Positions 22,352-37,226 are shown, numbered from the stretch's first letter. The stretch is DNA of 64,000 nt from Rhodosorus marinus CCMP1338 (GCA_029953675.1 JAMWBK010000004.1:1426001-1490000), one strand, 5' to 3'. The notes: generated by a model from the letters alone, not told the origin. Program-made: numbers and translations.

Positions 22352-22508
22352 CGCGCCGTCCGATGCAAGTCTGGACTGATTATTCACAGTTTGTTCGTCT
22401 CTGGTAAACTTCTGCCTTTTCTTCTAACTTCGGCATTCGATGAGCTTCTCCAGCGCGTGCTTTCGATCTTCATGTACAACTGCGGGCAATCCTGTCCCAT
22501 CCACCACT

Positions 22509-24255
22509 TTACAACTGATCCTGAAAGACCGGACCAGGCGGTGGCTGACGTAACATGCCTCCACCTGGCGACTTTCCCGGTGACCTTAAGAACTGAATTT
22601 TTCTTCTCACCCCTTTGATGTCAATATGTCCATCATGAACAAATTTTGAGCTTGGGCTTTCGGACACGTTTTCGAAGTCCAACTTCCTCGCCAGCTTGGA
22701 CCGCATCGAAGGCGGCGCTTTCCCGACACTATTCGCTCCATTTCGAGGCCCCCTGTCGGGATAGTCATCGTCGCAATTTTCGCAACCCTGACATTTGCAC
22801 TTAATGGTACACTTTACACCGGCGCGGAAACATTCGCAGTACTTCTTCTGACATCCAGACCGACGACAGTTGCACCCTCGATGATGAGATTCGATGGTTA
22901 CCATGCTACCTCCAGGCTGCATGGCATTCAATAGGGCAGACATTTAGACGGCACGCAGGACTCAAACTATCCAAACGCAGGAAAAAGCGGACATGAAGTG
23001 ACTCACCACTGTGCTGGGTTCATCCCTACTCTGAATCTTAGGGTGGAACGCATACGGATTCCGTTCGAGAGTGCTCTTCACCGCCGCTTCGATTTCATCG
23101 CGGTTGTCTTCCGTATTTTTACAGCCCTGGCACTTGCATTCCGGTCCACACACAGCCCCGGCGGCAAAACAATCGCAATACAGCTTCAGGCACTCCGATT
23201 TTTTGCAGTTGCACCTCCTCACTACAGCCCCAGGCGTTTGTGGAGTCTTTAAGCCCTTGTTTGGGATGTCATCGAGGCTTAACAACACCGCCTCCACCTT
23301 CTCCGATTGCACTTGAAGTTTTGACGCAGACGTCTTAGCCTTTTTCGGAGTCGGGCTGTGTCGAACTCGCTTGTCGTCAACCCAGCTAGGCATGATCTGT
23401 TCGTCTTGAGGCTTTCCATTCGCTGCAATGATTTCAGATTCTTTCAGGTTTCGCTTTAGGGAATCCCTCGTTCTAGCTTTGGAGCTCTGCGCGGATGCGG
23501 CTAGGAAGTCCGAGAACTGCAATTTCCTAGTGTAGCTCCGCGGTTGCGATGGGGCCGGTGGGGGTTTCGCTGGAGATGAGCTCGGCCAATCCACATTGAC
23601 TAGGTTGGCGCCAGCACTGAACAACAAGAAGGAATTTTCTGTAGGTCAGTCCTTCTCAGTTGACTAGCATATAATAAAACGCATTAGACACGAGTGTACC
23701 GGAAATACAGATTCTAGTGGTGCTTACATTTGGATCTCGGTGTTGTAGTACTTATCCGGTGAAAGGTCCGGACCTCTTTGTCCCGGACTCTGAAGAAACG
23801 TTCGTCCCGGGCTCGTGAATATTTCGTTCCATGTATTCTGCTTGAGCGGTGACAGCTGGGACCAAATGTTCGGATCCTTTGTAGGAGTTCCCAACAGATT
23901 TACCCGATGTGGAGACATGAATCTAAACGGTGACATTGGTGATGTACCCCAATTGGCTGAGATACAACAACACGGGAGAAGATCAAAGTATGGGTAAGAC
24001 TAGAACCTGGAACTGACGCCACCTCCAAAGCAGGCAACGGTCGAACTCATTTCACTTACCTACTTCTGACAACGCCTCCTCGTTAAACAGGTCCCTGGAG
24101 GGTGAAGCCAATCTGCTATCTGTCCGCAACTGAACAGTAACATTCCCCTCCAGCGTAACATCCTCAGTCCTGAGGAGATCCTGTTCAAGCCCAAGCTTCT
24201 CATCCTCAAACGGTGCCTCGGCTATCCCTCCGTTCTCCTCTTCATTCTCAACCAT
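22509..24255 (-). CDS. CRC (tesmin/TSO1-like CXC) domain protein, LIN54-like
   Basis: Two CXC domains (CNCKKSECLKLYCDCF...; GCNCRRSGCQKKYCECF...) linked by the RNPxAFxPKI hinge; four exons. Confidence 0.93.
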
Positions 24256-27200
24256 GTTTTCCCCGTCCGAACGATCTAAACTACCACTGTACTAAACATT
24301 CCAAGAACACAACGAAGAAAAGAAAAAAAACAGAAGCTTTTTCCCGTCTGCCTACTCACCTTCAACACCCCCCACTCACCACCAGTCCAAACTCAACTAC
24401 TTAAGTCACATCCGTTCACAAACTATGATGTCAGAAACTCCTCAAAAACTAACCACAAAAAAAAAAAAAAAAAGAAGCAAACTCCTCAATTCCATGATCC
24501 CAGAGTCTCCCATCAACAGACAACCAGCTTCGGCAGTCCTGCATATCCAACCCCTATGATCATAAACATAAACACTCCTAAATCCGATCTCACGGTCACT
24601 TACGAGACGATTCCCGCGGGAAAGAGCAATCGAACTTACCCACCCCTTTTCCCAGTATCTCCTGAATAATTTTTTTTTGGAGGTAGCTCTTCGCCCTTTC
24701 GGGGTTGTTTACCTGCTTAACCCCGTCTATATATTATATTTTCGTATTTTTTGGAAGGTTTATGATCCTCACCGAAGCAGCTTGGTCATTTCCTTGGCCA
24801 AAAATTTTGTTGGCCAACATCCTGAAATCTATTCACACAGTTGTTGCAGGGATTTATTTTACAAAAACAAAAAATATTTTGGAGAAAAACGGTTGCTGCC
24901 CCTTAGCTCATTTTATGCGACCGCGTACTTTTCCGCAAATATTATTACGGGTAGCGAGCAATCACCAACTGGGTTTGCTCATTAAATGTATTACTCCTTG
25001 TGCGGAAAGGAACAAGATTTTTGTATCGAAATATCTTTCTCATTAATATGTATTAAAAATATTCTGTGTTCTATACATACAGTTTATTATGCATATTATC
25101 GGAAATACGTTATAAAAGGAGAATTTCTGCCCCTACAAATCTTTTCTCCCGTAGCACAATTCAAGTTTTGGTGAGGGGTAATTTAAAAATGGAATCGTGC
25201 GAGGTGGAAATTGTTGGGCCACTTTCTAAGGGTACGCCCGTCTTGCAGTAGGTCAGACATGATATATGATTGGTTTACGCTTTGATCGTACAATCAAAAT
25301 AATTCGCTCTGCGAGATGGCGGGTAATTGCACAGGTATGAAAAATATTGATTATACATGAATAATTTAAAAATAATACGTTACGAGTTTTCGGATTGTAT
25401 TTGAATTTTTGAATCGATGTCCAGTCGGGGACAGCTGTTGGAGTGTGCTTTTTTCCCTCGTTTTTTTGTTTCGGAAGAGATCTTCTCCTCTGAGCTCAGA
25501 GGGGAGGATGCTGGTGGGTTGCTATGGGACCTCTTGTCTCGGCAAAACCAGGTCCCTTACTTGGATCGAGCAAATTCGATCGGGAAGAATTTGCCGAGGT
25601 CGGTATCTCTCCACGTCGCGTCGCGCTGGATGTCAGATATCACAACACGATTCGGCGAGAAAAAGATAATGCAGAAACTACCCTGCCTGCTTACTCTACT
25701 CAGTCGAGAAGAGAAAAGGCAACCTGGGAGCTCCACTGGATAGAGTGAACCTCGTTTTGGGAGATGGTCTTCAGCCGGATTGCGCATGGTATCAGTGCTC
25801 TATCATTGGAAAAGAGTGCTCTCAACGTCCCGTGTGTCGAGCATAAATTCTTGCTCAGGATGGATTATCGCATATTCAAAGCCGATTGAGGCATTCTGTC
25901 CCACCCAAAGGATGAAGTACTGATAGAGTTCACATGCGGGCTATTTTTGAGCTGGGAGATACAAACCATACCGCTAGCGCATATGGTTAATAGAAAACGC
26001 AAACGTGCAGTGATTCAAGAGAGGCTGTTACAGTACCTGAGTATCTGGCTATCGATGAGTGGCCTGTGGAAGAAACAGGAAGTCAGCGACCTGCTCTTTT
26101 TGCTTTTGAACGTGAAGCAACGAGAAGAACGATTAGCTTACCTTTGACTACACCAACACCTCCTTGCCGTAGATCAGATCCGTACCTTACACAGGATCCG
26201 ATCCGCACTGTTCAAAAGCCACCAACTATAGCCAGACGCTCAGTTTCAATTCAGCAACCGCGCATTCCCACAATGGTTTCCACACAAACACGACAGACGC
26301 ATACTGCAGGGTCGATGACGTAGTCCTTGCGGGAATGAGAGTGCTCCCCCAAAGGGCAGCTGGGCTCAGGATCGTTTTCTCTCTCTATATATATATATAC
26401 AGATGTGTAAGAAAGATCGTTGAAGTGGGGCAAACCGTCCCTGTCTTTTAAAAGCCCTCGATTTCTGTTGTTTTGAATGCCAGAGAACGTTTCCAAACCC
26501 TCAGCATGCCATCAAACTCTGTTGAAATAAACCGAAAACATCCTCCTGACCGACTTAAAACTTTGAAACAGACGATTTGTATCTACCAGAGCAACGCCGG
26601 AACTAATAAACGGACGAGAAACTAAAATTTTGTATAAAACACATTCAATCATCCTCAAAATACTAGAGACTCTAAACGGTTTGTGCAACGCCGCCATCCC
26701 AAGCAGGCTGCGCAAACTAAACCCCCCTCGCCAAAAGAAAAATACTAACAAGCTCCTCCTTTTTTTTCGCACAGTATACCGGAGGGTGTTTGAAGAAGAA
26801 GATGGAGAGCGGAAGGGTCACCGCGACAGGACCGGGGGAGGTAGCTGATAGCCTTCCCACCCCCCTTTTTACTAGAGGATCCGCAATCGATCTTCAACGA
26901 CTCCAATCCAGCGCACCCTCTTTACTAAAAGCAAAACGGACAAACAAAGCTTGCATACGACACTAGAGCCGGGGATGGAGGTCGGAGTGGTCACAGGATC
27001 CTAGGAGAAACGAAGAAAATACCGCCCACCCCCCCTTCCTCCTCGCAGGGCCATTCTACTCAAAACTCTAAACGGAAGGATCTATATCCATTTTCCACAA
27101 CTCAAAACCCTCCCAAAGGGAAATCGCACACGAAAAAAAAAAAAGGTGCCCCTCAGACCCTTTTCCAAAAAAAAAACAAAAACTCTGTCCCAAAATCTAT

Positions 27201-28832
27201 CGTATCACAATAAAACAAGCATTGCTTGTCCCGTTTTTACAAACTTTCAAATATCCTTTTTTTTGAAGAACAAATCTTTTATTTTTAGAAAACATGGTAT
27301 CTTAGCCAATTATGATTTGATACTTCTGTCTTTTCGAAATTTTGATTCAAAAACAGATCTACTCCGTTTTATAATGATTGATATATGAGGTTATTTATTT
27401 CGTTTTCTGATTTATAATGATTGAATCGCGTGGGTGGGATTTGAGTGCTAGGAACCCTTCAACAACCGGTCAGGGGGGTAGGAGGTAGTGGCGGTCGGCT
27501 TGGCGAGGGTAATTTGGAATGGCTTATTGTTTTGTGACTGTTGTTGTAGCTTGAAAGTTTCCAAGCTGTCTTGGCATTCAAACACGTTTCGCTGGAATAG
27601 TAATTTAAACCGTTAGAAACCCGTTTTTTGAGTTGGCGGCGAAGTTGATGATCCGGTTTATCCTCGTCCCTTCATCCGGCTCTCGCTTTGGAGAAGCGAT
27701 GCTTGTGGCCGACTGCAACGAATCTGAGGTAGTGATGGGCCTTTTCCGGGCTCATCACTATCTCAAAAGTCCGGGGACTGTTCCCACCCACACCCTCCCC
27801 GGGAAAGGGTCTCGGCGGACGGGAGACGTCCTGTGAGCACGACGGTGGGTCAAGCTGCCATGGCATGAGCAAGAAGCGAAGATCGCACTCCAGGGAATGT
27901 ACTGGGCTTGCAGGCGAGCTAAAGAAAGATCAGAATGAATTTGTAATCACCCAGACCTTTCTATCTGTGTGTAAAGTACTATATGATGGCAATGGGGACT
28001 TACGCTTTATTCCGCCAACCGTTTGCTATCAAAACCAACAAGACTCAAAGGAACTTGCAAATAGCCCACACAACAAAGCGTGCCTGTTGCTATCCCTAGT
28101 AACAGTGATCTGTCTATCTGAGGTTTTTTTCACAACCGAGAGGAAGGTCCCCAGTAGGTCTGGTACATCCGTCTAGGGCACTTCCTGGAGGTAATCACGT
28201 TGCTGACAGAATTCAACACACTGTTTGGGTTAGTTTGAAGTAATCGTGGACCGAATATCTGAGTTGAAAAAGGAACCGCGCAACAGAACATTAATTTTCT
28301 GTTGCGCGCTTACTTTTTCCTCTCAGAAATTCGATCCACTTTCACTTCAAACCAACCCAAACAGCCAAGCCTACTAGACAAGGTTTTATAGCTGTGTGCT
28401 ACTACTTGCGGAAGCACATTCGAGAGGTAATAATGTAGAAAATATGACTAGTTATACTTTTCCCCCCTTCTTGGACCTGTTCAGCCGTTCGAGGCTCTTT
28501 TCTTGACTTCGTCGATCGTTCAAAACTCTATTTGTTCCCTTCGAACCGTTCACGACCTCTTTTGGGCCCTTCAAGAGCCACTGTGCCACGTTTCTGACCT
28601 AGGAGCCCCCTCTGAACGTTCTTCCCTTGCCGCATCCCCGTGGGAAGGTAGCTTCCCACTTTGCGGACTAGCAACACATTGTCCAATTCGCATGGAATTG
28701 TTTGTTGAGGAATAAGCACCAGGCCTCTAAAACGACAGAGGAGCTCCTGCGCTTATGTCGCCTGGTGAGCATCGGGCAACCTTGGATCACGTAGGAACGT
28801 AGAAGCTGCTTGTTTCTTAAACTAGCGATGGA

Positions 28833-31075
28833 ATGGACAAGCCTTTGGTGGCTTGTTGTACCACCTTCGTCAATGCTTCGTTGACCGGTTTTGGTACGAC
28901 TTTGCTGCTCGCTGGGACCTGCGAGCTTGGAAAGCTGCTGAGGACAGATAAGAAGTACCGCCGTTGCAGTTTACACAGGGCAACATCGTCCTACTTCTTC
29001 CTTTCTGAGAGCGAGGAAGCTGTATACCATGACATCCTCAGACGACGTCTATCAACGGGCACCTGGGAGCACGTGAGACATGGGAGCTACAACTACTACC
29101 ATCGCAACGACCGATTCCGAGGGGCGTGCTTTTGTCGTCGGATGTACTGGAATCCAATCCCGTTGCTCGGAGAGCAGGTTCTTCTCGACTCTAGGGAGTT
29201 TGAAGGATCGGAGCTTTACAGTCTTGAAGTTGCTCCCAATCACCAGAGACTGGCCTTCCTTGTCAAGACGGGCTCGAACTGCAGTCTAGTCGTTAAAGAC
29301 CTGGAGGGCAAAGGTAGGGCATCATTTCTCGCCTTAAAGAGGCCTCTAGGACTCAGCTCGATTTCCATCTATCTCCGGACAGGGTCGGAAGAGGTAGTCA
29401 GGACATGCACATCTTTTGCATGGGAGAACACTTCAGCATCGCTCATTTACGTTTCACTTGAAGACGACCGAGTCAGTGTCTTCAGGCACTCTGTAGGATC
29501 TGAACCAAATACCGATAGTAGAATTTTCTTCACGGATGATCCCGAAACTACTGTCGATGTCCGTTTATCTAAGACGTGCTGGTGCTTGCAGGTCCAAAAT
29601 CCAACTTTATAAAACCAATCGCGTTAGCCTGCTCAATGCGCGTCTCTTAACAATCTGTTCAGGAACGTCTACATGTATGAAAGGAAAGAAGGGGAGTGCT
29701 TTATCTGGCAGATTGAAAGGTCTTGTACCTCACCCAGGCTGATCTACGACCAGCGTCTTGGCGCGGAAAGCACTGTGGAGGATCTTAACGATCAACTGAT
29801 CCTTCTTCGTGACTGCTCTCGGATGTACACAACCCACAACGCCCACCCATTCAAGTGGGACTTGTTCTACGAGCTTTCTCCTCCTCGGAGAATCGTTCGC
29901 TTCGATATCTTCAACAAGTTCGTCGTTCTGTACGTAAGAGACGGCGTTAATGCACTCGTCCAAGTCATCAATGAAGACGGAGGCCTGTGCGAGGTTGCCA
30001 TCCCTGATGACTGCTACAGCATTCGAGTCCTTCCCAACCCAACCGTAAGCTGTAATACACTGAAGCTCAAGTATTCCACATTCACAACGCCAACGCAGAT
30101 CTGGGAAGTTAACATGGTATGAAGGCCGATAAGAACTTGACATTCGATAGCAAAGACGGACGTCTGGATTCTTAATTGATGAGATAACATCACACACTCG
30201 TTTCTTCGTAGAGGTCTATGCGAACTAGAGTACTTGCTGCTGAGAGAATTCTCTTTACTGACTTGAAGCGACTTCATACCAGAAGACTGACGGCCTCCTC
30301 GAATGACGGGTTGGCAATCTCGATCTCCTTGGTCGAGCCGAAGGACCGCCCATGCCCACGGCCGTGCGTGATTATGGCTTATGGAGCCTACGGGGTGACA
30401 TGCGAGCCCGAGTTTTCGGTTCCTGTTCTGTGTCTCCTTGAACAGGGAGTGAGTTTTGCAATCGTCCATGTTCGAGGGGGCGGTGAGGTAGTCGGTCGCT
30501 GGTCCAAGAACCAAGCTGTTGAGGACCTGGTCCATGGAATCCAGGAGCTCGTGTCCCTCGGAATTGTAGATGAAACTCTGATCTTTGGTTGGGGCTCAAG
30601 TGCTGGAGGCTCTCTGTTTGCGGCCGCCGCGAAACGGGAGCCCAGGCTGTTCGCAGCCATGGCTCTTCTGGCACCGTTCTTGGACGTCGCTGGTGAACTA
30701 ATGAAGCCAGGAACACCTAGCTCAGAGATACAAGAATGGTTCGACCTGAAGACAGACTCTGGTAGACGTGAGTTCGCCCTCTATAACCCCATGGACGTGG
30801 CATCGGTTCGTGATGCGTTCCCAGACCTCCTACTGATCGGATACGAGCTTGATGACAAAGCGCCAGTGGAACAGATCGTTGATTACTACGATAGGATACG
30901 CGCTGCCGTCCCTAGGGCGAGAATTGAGCTCCGAGTCGTACCCGAAGCAGGACACTCAGGGCCTTCAGATCCGTTTCAGAAAACTCGGGTCACTGCGGCG
31001 ATTATACGCTTCTTCATTCACTACGTAGAAAGACGTTTATTACTTGTCCAGAAGAACCTGACGCGGGACGGTTAA
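28833..31075 (+). CDS. Prolyl oligopeptidase family S9A (oligopeptidase B-like) serine peptidase; start uncertain
   Basis: Beta-propeller-like N-part, then AYGAYG, AIVHVRGGGE, nucleophile GSSAGG, Asp in ELDDKAP and His in AGHSG. Confidence 0.87.
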
Positions 31076-31362
31076 AACTACAATTAAGGAGGGCTTCGCG
31101 GATCCCGCAGGGGATGTCATGGTCCAGTAGAAGCTTGCCTCTGAACAGAGACGATCAAACTCTACCATCCGGAGGACGATGAATCGATCAGCGTCACCTC
31201 CGTTCAGCTTCCAAACATTTGCCGGATTTAAATAGTCACGGTTGCACGCTTTGAAAAGCAGTCGTAATCAACGTGCGGACTGTGCGTAAGCCTTTTCGAT
31301 CTTCACGGAGATGCTCCACAAGTTCCGTTCTCCTCAAACTGGGCGGGACTGGTGGTTTCCTA

Positions 31363-32084
31363 TTAGAGGATATCGTAGTCATCCAGTTTATCGTTGTACT
31401 TGAGAATTTTCCTCTTGATCTTGCTGGTGTCCGTCCACGTGATGAAGTCTTCCATTTTCCTGGAGACGTGTACAGATGGATTCGTAACTACGTCCGGCCC
31501 GACACGGATATGGCTGCGAATACAATGACGGCGAGTGAAAGCGTGAGTGCTTGGGGACAATAGAGTGTTCACTGCATGCATTTCTCACCCTTGCTCAACT
31601 AGTGTAACCGCCTCTCGCACAGTCTCAGCATACTTTAAGCGTACGAGAACGATGGGCAACCGTCTTCGGCAGAGAGTACTGACAGAAATCTTCGCACATG
31701 ACTCGAGGTTCTTCTTCGTCGGGATTAATCCCATATCATAAAGCTTATCTATTAGGTCTTCAGTTCTCTTGACTCGGACGTCATCGCCCTTATCCAATTC
31801 TTTCAACTTTGCCGCCAGCTTGGTAATCAATCCAACCAACTTATTGTACTTGTGGTAGTCCTGTCTCGATTGAAACCAACAGTACGACGCCAATGAAAAT
31901 TCCTCAGGATAGAGCTACACGTGTTCTCCTCATCGCCACAACTGAGAGTCGGCCTTCTTACCTCGGGGTTCTGTACATGGTACCTCCTCAAAACACGAGT
32001 CTCACGAAGATTGTTCTCCTTCTTCCACTGAAGAAAATCAGCTTTCTTCAGTAGCTTATATTCGTGATGCTTTAGTTTTCTCAT
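31363..32084 (-). CDS. IMP3: U3 snoRNP protein IMP3 (S4 domain); 2 introns
   Basis: [17 protein letters not shown]..., [44 protein letters not shown]. Confidence 0.96.
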
Positions 32085-33412
32085 TTTTTAACAAAGTAAC
32101 AGCGCAACAAGGGCCACGACTTCTCCCTACAAACAGCACAGTAGTGCGCCGCGCTCCACCATCAACTTCATCCATCACTGCCAATTCTCTTCTTGTTCCC
32201 CACGGCCGCGCTCCGCAACCTTAATTTGTGACAGTATTTGTCTATGATATTCATTAATAAGACGAACTATTTGCAATTATTACGCATTATGATATATATT
32301 TTAGACATTCTACGTAAAATTAGACGAAAATCCTTCTTTGACGTCGTGTCCTTAATTTCGATACTTTTTGTTCATTAATTAGACGAACATGATGAAACTA
32401 TGTGGTATCAATTTTATTTATACCTTCTTGTCTACAATTAGAACATATTCCGCTTTGATTAGGGATCGGGCGCGGCGCCTTTCGGAGAGCTCGGACGGGG
32501 ATATGACGGACTGGGCTGGAGCTGGTCTTGCTCTGTCGATGACACTCCATACTGGAGAAAAGGTGGGTGACGACTGATTCGGGCTAGAGAATCCTTTTTT
32601 ATTCGTTCGGCTCTGGCTCCGGTAGATAAAGCCGAACAGGCGGTTCGCGCAATTTGTTACTGACAAAAGCCCACTCGCCCCTCCAGACCCCGAGGCCAGT
32701 CAGCAGCTGGAGAATGGTTCAGGATAGGCTTGATCGAAACCTTTAAAATCGGCTTCCAGACTGGATGGGAATTGCTGCGGAATCCAGGCCGCTCACAACT
32801 TAAGAAGAACCTTGCCAGTAGAACCTTGCCAGTCTGAAGGCTATTTTCCGCTCCAGACATCGGGATTCGTTTCTCACATTCATCGACATCCTCCACAACT
32901 GGACATTCAGAAGTTTACAAGCAGCTAAACTACAAAACAAGAACAGTATGATGCTAAGCGAACCATCTTCAGGTAGAGCTAGCGGCATAGCATCTACTCC
33001 CAAAAGATATTATAGTTGTCACTATACAAGTCAATCTATATCGATATTATTATTTCAATAATACAAAATAATGATAGTATTGCCTTCAATAATGACTGGT
33101 ATAGGTATGACGGTAAGAGAGGACTTAGGACAAAAAGAAAAGTCATGTGTTGTATTTGATGAGGAAGATGAAGGAAAGGGCTGATGGAGAGGGGACAGAA
33201 ATGCTTTCGGTAGTGGGAATTTCTGTGGGTCTCTGATACGAGAATCATGAGAATATCTGAGAAATCTGATGGCTCTGCTCAAAGTAGTGCGATGAATTGA
33301 TGAAACAGTGGCTGCTTGGTTGATGTGCAGCTGCAACGGGGTTGGGTGGGAGTGAATCTTGATTGTGACTCTTTAGGTCGTTTCTGGTATTTATGAGAGC
33401 GGACTGGAGGGG

Positions 33413-35714
33413 ATGGAGATGGAAGAAGGAAGAGAGCGTCGATCAAATGCACTGCTTAGTGCATACTATCGGAATAATGAGGTTGGAGGAGTGATAGGTG
33501 AGCCGGAGGGTCTGGACTTTGGCGGGAAAGCCGCGGCTCATAAGCACGCAGTAGAGTTGATTCAGACATTGCCGCTCTCGCGATTGCTTGTGTGCTCTAC
33601 GCAGCTGCGGAAGGAAGCTCAGGATGTTGAGTCTGGACTTCATGCGATTGTACAGGAGAGCTATACAAAGTTCCAGGCTACGGCGGAGGTCGTCGGAGAG
33701 GTTTACGTCCGATCGAAGGATATGGAGAACGAACTAGTGGATGTTCTGAGTTCTGTTCAGAAAGTTGCAGAAGGAACAGAGCAAGTCAACGCGCGGTTAG
33801 CATCCGGCAGGGAAAAAGTTGAACAACTGGAGGGCGCAAGGAGGGTTTTGCAACTCCTGAGAGCCACGAGGAACTTGCCCAAGAGGATGAGGGAGCTGTA
33901 TGCCAGCGGTAACGCACAGGAGGCCGCTCTGCGATACTCTCTTATTCTCCCGTCCGTTTCGCGGCTGGAGGACATCCATTCAACTTTCCTCGAAGCGAGG
34001 AAGGCCATCGACACGACCGCGAAGGAACTCAGGGAAGATATTTCCCGCACAATGAATTCTTCAGACAATCAACTTGATCCTGGTGAAGCCGTAAGGCTGC
34101 GTATCCAGCTTGGAGAATCTCCAGAAATTATGAAGGATGCCTTCCTCGAAAGTACGGCAGCAAGGGTTTTGGCCAGCGCTGCTATTCCTGAGCCCGGATT
34201 TCGGGCAGCCTGCGACGTGAGATAAACAGAGAAATCCTGAAGAAAGGATTACTGCGAGGCAATTTTTTTTGACGACGGTGATTACCAACTTTGTTTCCCT
34301 CATGTATAGTGCTTGCAGACCTTTTCTGACGGAGACAGCTCGATCCTGAACAAGATTGTGAAGAACACCACATCTTTCGATAAGATGTTTCCCGATGCGC
34401 CAGAGCTGTTTTCTAGCTGGATGATCCGGGTGGTGGATGCCGCTGTAACAGAGCCCGCAGTGACCTGCATATCCAAAAACACCGAAAGGGTTGAGAAGAG
34501 CGGTAAGGCAACACGCGAGAATGAACTTTTTCTTGCCGGTTTCCGAGACTGAACCTGCTTCTCTTGCGTCAACGAAAGTGGTCAAGGAGCTTGTTGCAAG
34601 AGTACGCGAAACGCGAGAAGCTGCCACTGGAGCCCTCAAAGGAGAACAATCTCCATCGCCGGCAGAAACTGGCATCGAAAGGAATGGAGAAATACGCAAT
34701 TCTCTGCTTGTCTCTCTACCCAACACCGTAGACCTGGCAATGAACAGTGTGCTAGCCAGAGGGAGGGAGGAAATATTCTTGAAACTCGGCAAAACGCTAC
34801 GCGACATTGCCTCTGAGGTTCTATCGCAAGAGCGTCCTATGCATGTTCTTCTGGTAGACTACTCGAACGAGATCGGACTCGCTGTTGACTGTGCAAGCTT
34901 ATTGGACAAGGAGCTCCGAGCACCGGAGGAGCGACTTGTGCGTGACGACACCGCTGAAGCAACGAACAGCGTGATCGAATACCTCGAAAAGCTTCTCCTG
35001 CGAGCGGATGATATTACCGTGGAGCCAAGGTCGGTGCTAATTGGAGCTAAAATTTGCTCAGTTCTAGACAAGGAACCACGGTTTCGCAAGGCCGATCCGA
35101 TGAGTTTGTGCCCGAAGCTGATACGAGAGTACGTAGTGCGTAGCTCGACAAGGATGGCAGAACCGCTAAGGCCCTGTGAGACTTCACCCGAGAGCAAAGC
35201 ACCGGTCAGGATAAGAGAAGTCGAAAATATCTTCATTGAGTGTCTTGCCGAGGTAGGATACCTTTGCATCTAGGAAACCTGACTGTCACGAAACCACCAC
35301 CACAGCTCATGTCGAAGCGCTTCTGTCCACTAGGTCAATGATGTCACTGAGGACAGTCTCCGTAGTACCTCTGCTTCGTCGATTTCGACGCCGGAAAGAC
35401 GAACTCCATCCAGGAGAAACGCGCTAGTAGCTGACGACCTTGGTTCGCTTCGTGTTGGTTTTGGCACAAACATGGAACTCAGTTCTCTTGTCATCATGCG
35501 GGAAATCATGTCCAGTGTACTTCTTTCGTGGATCGAATTCCTACGGGGTACGGAGATAAGCGAGGAAGGTGTAGAAATAATTCACTCTCACTGCACTAGC
35601 CTCAAGGAGACCGTACTGGAATCGTTTCCTGGTAGCGAGGAAGGTTTGACCGAGGCAATCCATGAGATCATGGGTACTACGAGAAGGCGCGTGCGATCTC
35701 GGCCGGCCGTTTAG
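33413..35714 (+). CDS. VPS51: GARP/EARP complex subunit Vps51-like; 3 introns
   Basis: N-terminal LLSAYY...LIQTLPLSRLL...EAQDVESGLHAIVQESYTKF matches the Vps51 pattern, followed by helical regions. Confidence 0.78.
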
Positions 35715-37226
35715 AACAGTGACGGGCGCTCGCACCAGGTGAACATATCATGAAGGAGTTTTAGGTGTTTTAGGTGTTTGCACAAAGTAAGGTTTCCTCT
35801 CAGCACGTATGTAAAGAATGCGATGGGATTCTGTCGCGCTCAGTTTCGCTGGATGTTGGAATCCGGCTCAATCCATCGGCCAATCAAGACTTGGCGGTGT
35901 GTAGGGATACTGTGTCCCGCATATCGCGCTTTGACAGGACGAAGCGGAGGAAGATAGCCACTAGCAGAGATCCGACACAAAATCAAAAACGAAATCTGAA
36001 GGGCGAATCGCATCAGTCGAGGTAGAAATTCACTCGGAGAACTCAAGGATAAATCTAGAAATGCTTCTAGGAACAAAAGACAGTCGTGATAGTTGAAAAT
36101 CAGAACTGCCGCGATCAGCGAGGTAGCGACAGACCAACACAAAAACAAAAAAAAAAGGAGGAGAATGGGAAGCAGTCAACTAGAAAATTCAGTTAATCAA
36201 AACGTAAAACATTTCATCAAATCTATCTAGGTCATCGAAGCGGAGGCCCTGCAGTGACCTACTTCCAACATCCCACAGGGGACACCGACCGCGTCTATCC
36301 AACCCTCCCCCTTCCCCCCCCCTCACGCCCACGCATCCAAAACGGTTTCTAAAATACGCCAAAAAAAGATATAACCCAACCAATTCACATCGACAAAATA
36401 CGAGAAAGGACACGTGGCATAACATGGTCCGATATCACACCGCTCGTGAAAACCCAACCTTACCAGAGGTGACAATAAAAGTATCATATCCTATATATTA
36501 GTACATAGTACAATCATACAACAGAAATAAATATGTAGATTATCTATTAGTACACTAAACTTCATTTGTTTCCAACAGACCCTGACGGATGGGGTAATGA
36601 TCTCCGTGGTACTTGTCTCCACATGACAGTACAATTTTTTTTCATATTTTAAGTGTTTTTCTGCAGAAAAAGGAGGCTTTCCTGGAGTTAATTGGGAGAG
36701 AGGCGTTGGGCACGGCAACCACCAATCTCCCAGTAGTGACAATAAAAAAGAATTTAGTATGTAGAATGATTACATAGTACGGACATAATTATGATTATTA
36801 TGACTTTTAAACTTCTTTTAGAATTAGTACATGTTGGTGGTTTGTTTGACATAGAAATTTAAGTGTCAGTGCCATGGGATGGCTGTGTGTGGTAAGCAGT
36901 GAGTGGAGTTTGAAGCTTAGAGATGTCTTTGTCTGGGTGGGAGAGCGGCGGGGGGTGAAGGTGGGTGAGTGGGTGAGTGATTGGGTATGAACGGGGGTGG
37001 TTTGTTTATGAGGAATCCTGACATGACCCCCTTGGTTGTTTTTTTGGGTTTGATTTTCCCTGCTGTCCGTCTTGAATGAGCGTTGTTGGGCTCTCTTAAT
37101 GGATTGAGTTGAAGGGGAGACGTTTCCTGCAGAGGCGCATATTTGTTGTTGCTGAGACTCGGCAATACACGTGAGAGGTGAGGGAGTTAGGATTTTAGGA
37201 GGTCGTATGATCTTTTGAGGACCGTA

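Noticed and set aside
28277-28304. 10-bp hairpin followed by a T-tract (rho-independent terminator-like)
   Set aside because: Eukaryotic nuclear context with no associated Pol III gene; plausible by chance.
32400-33340. Minus-strand ORFs between IMP3 and VPS51
   Set aside because: Short, interrupted by stops, with no recognisable product or convincing exon chain.
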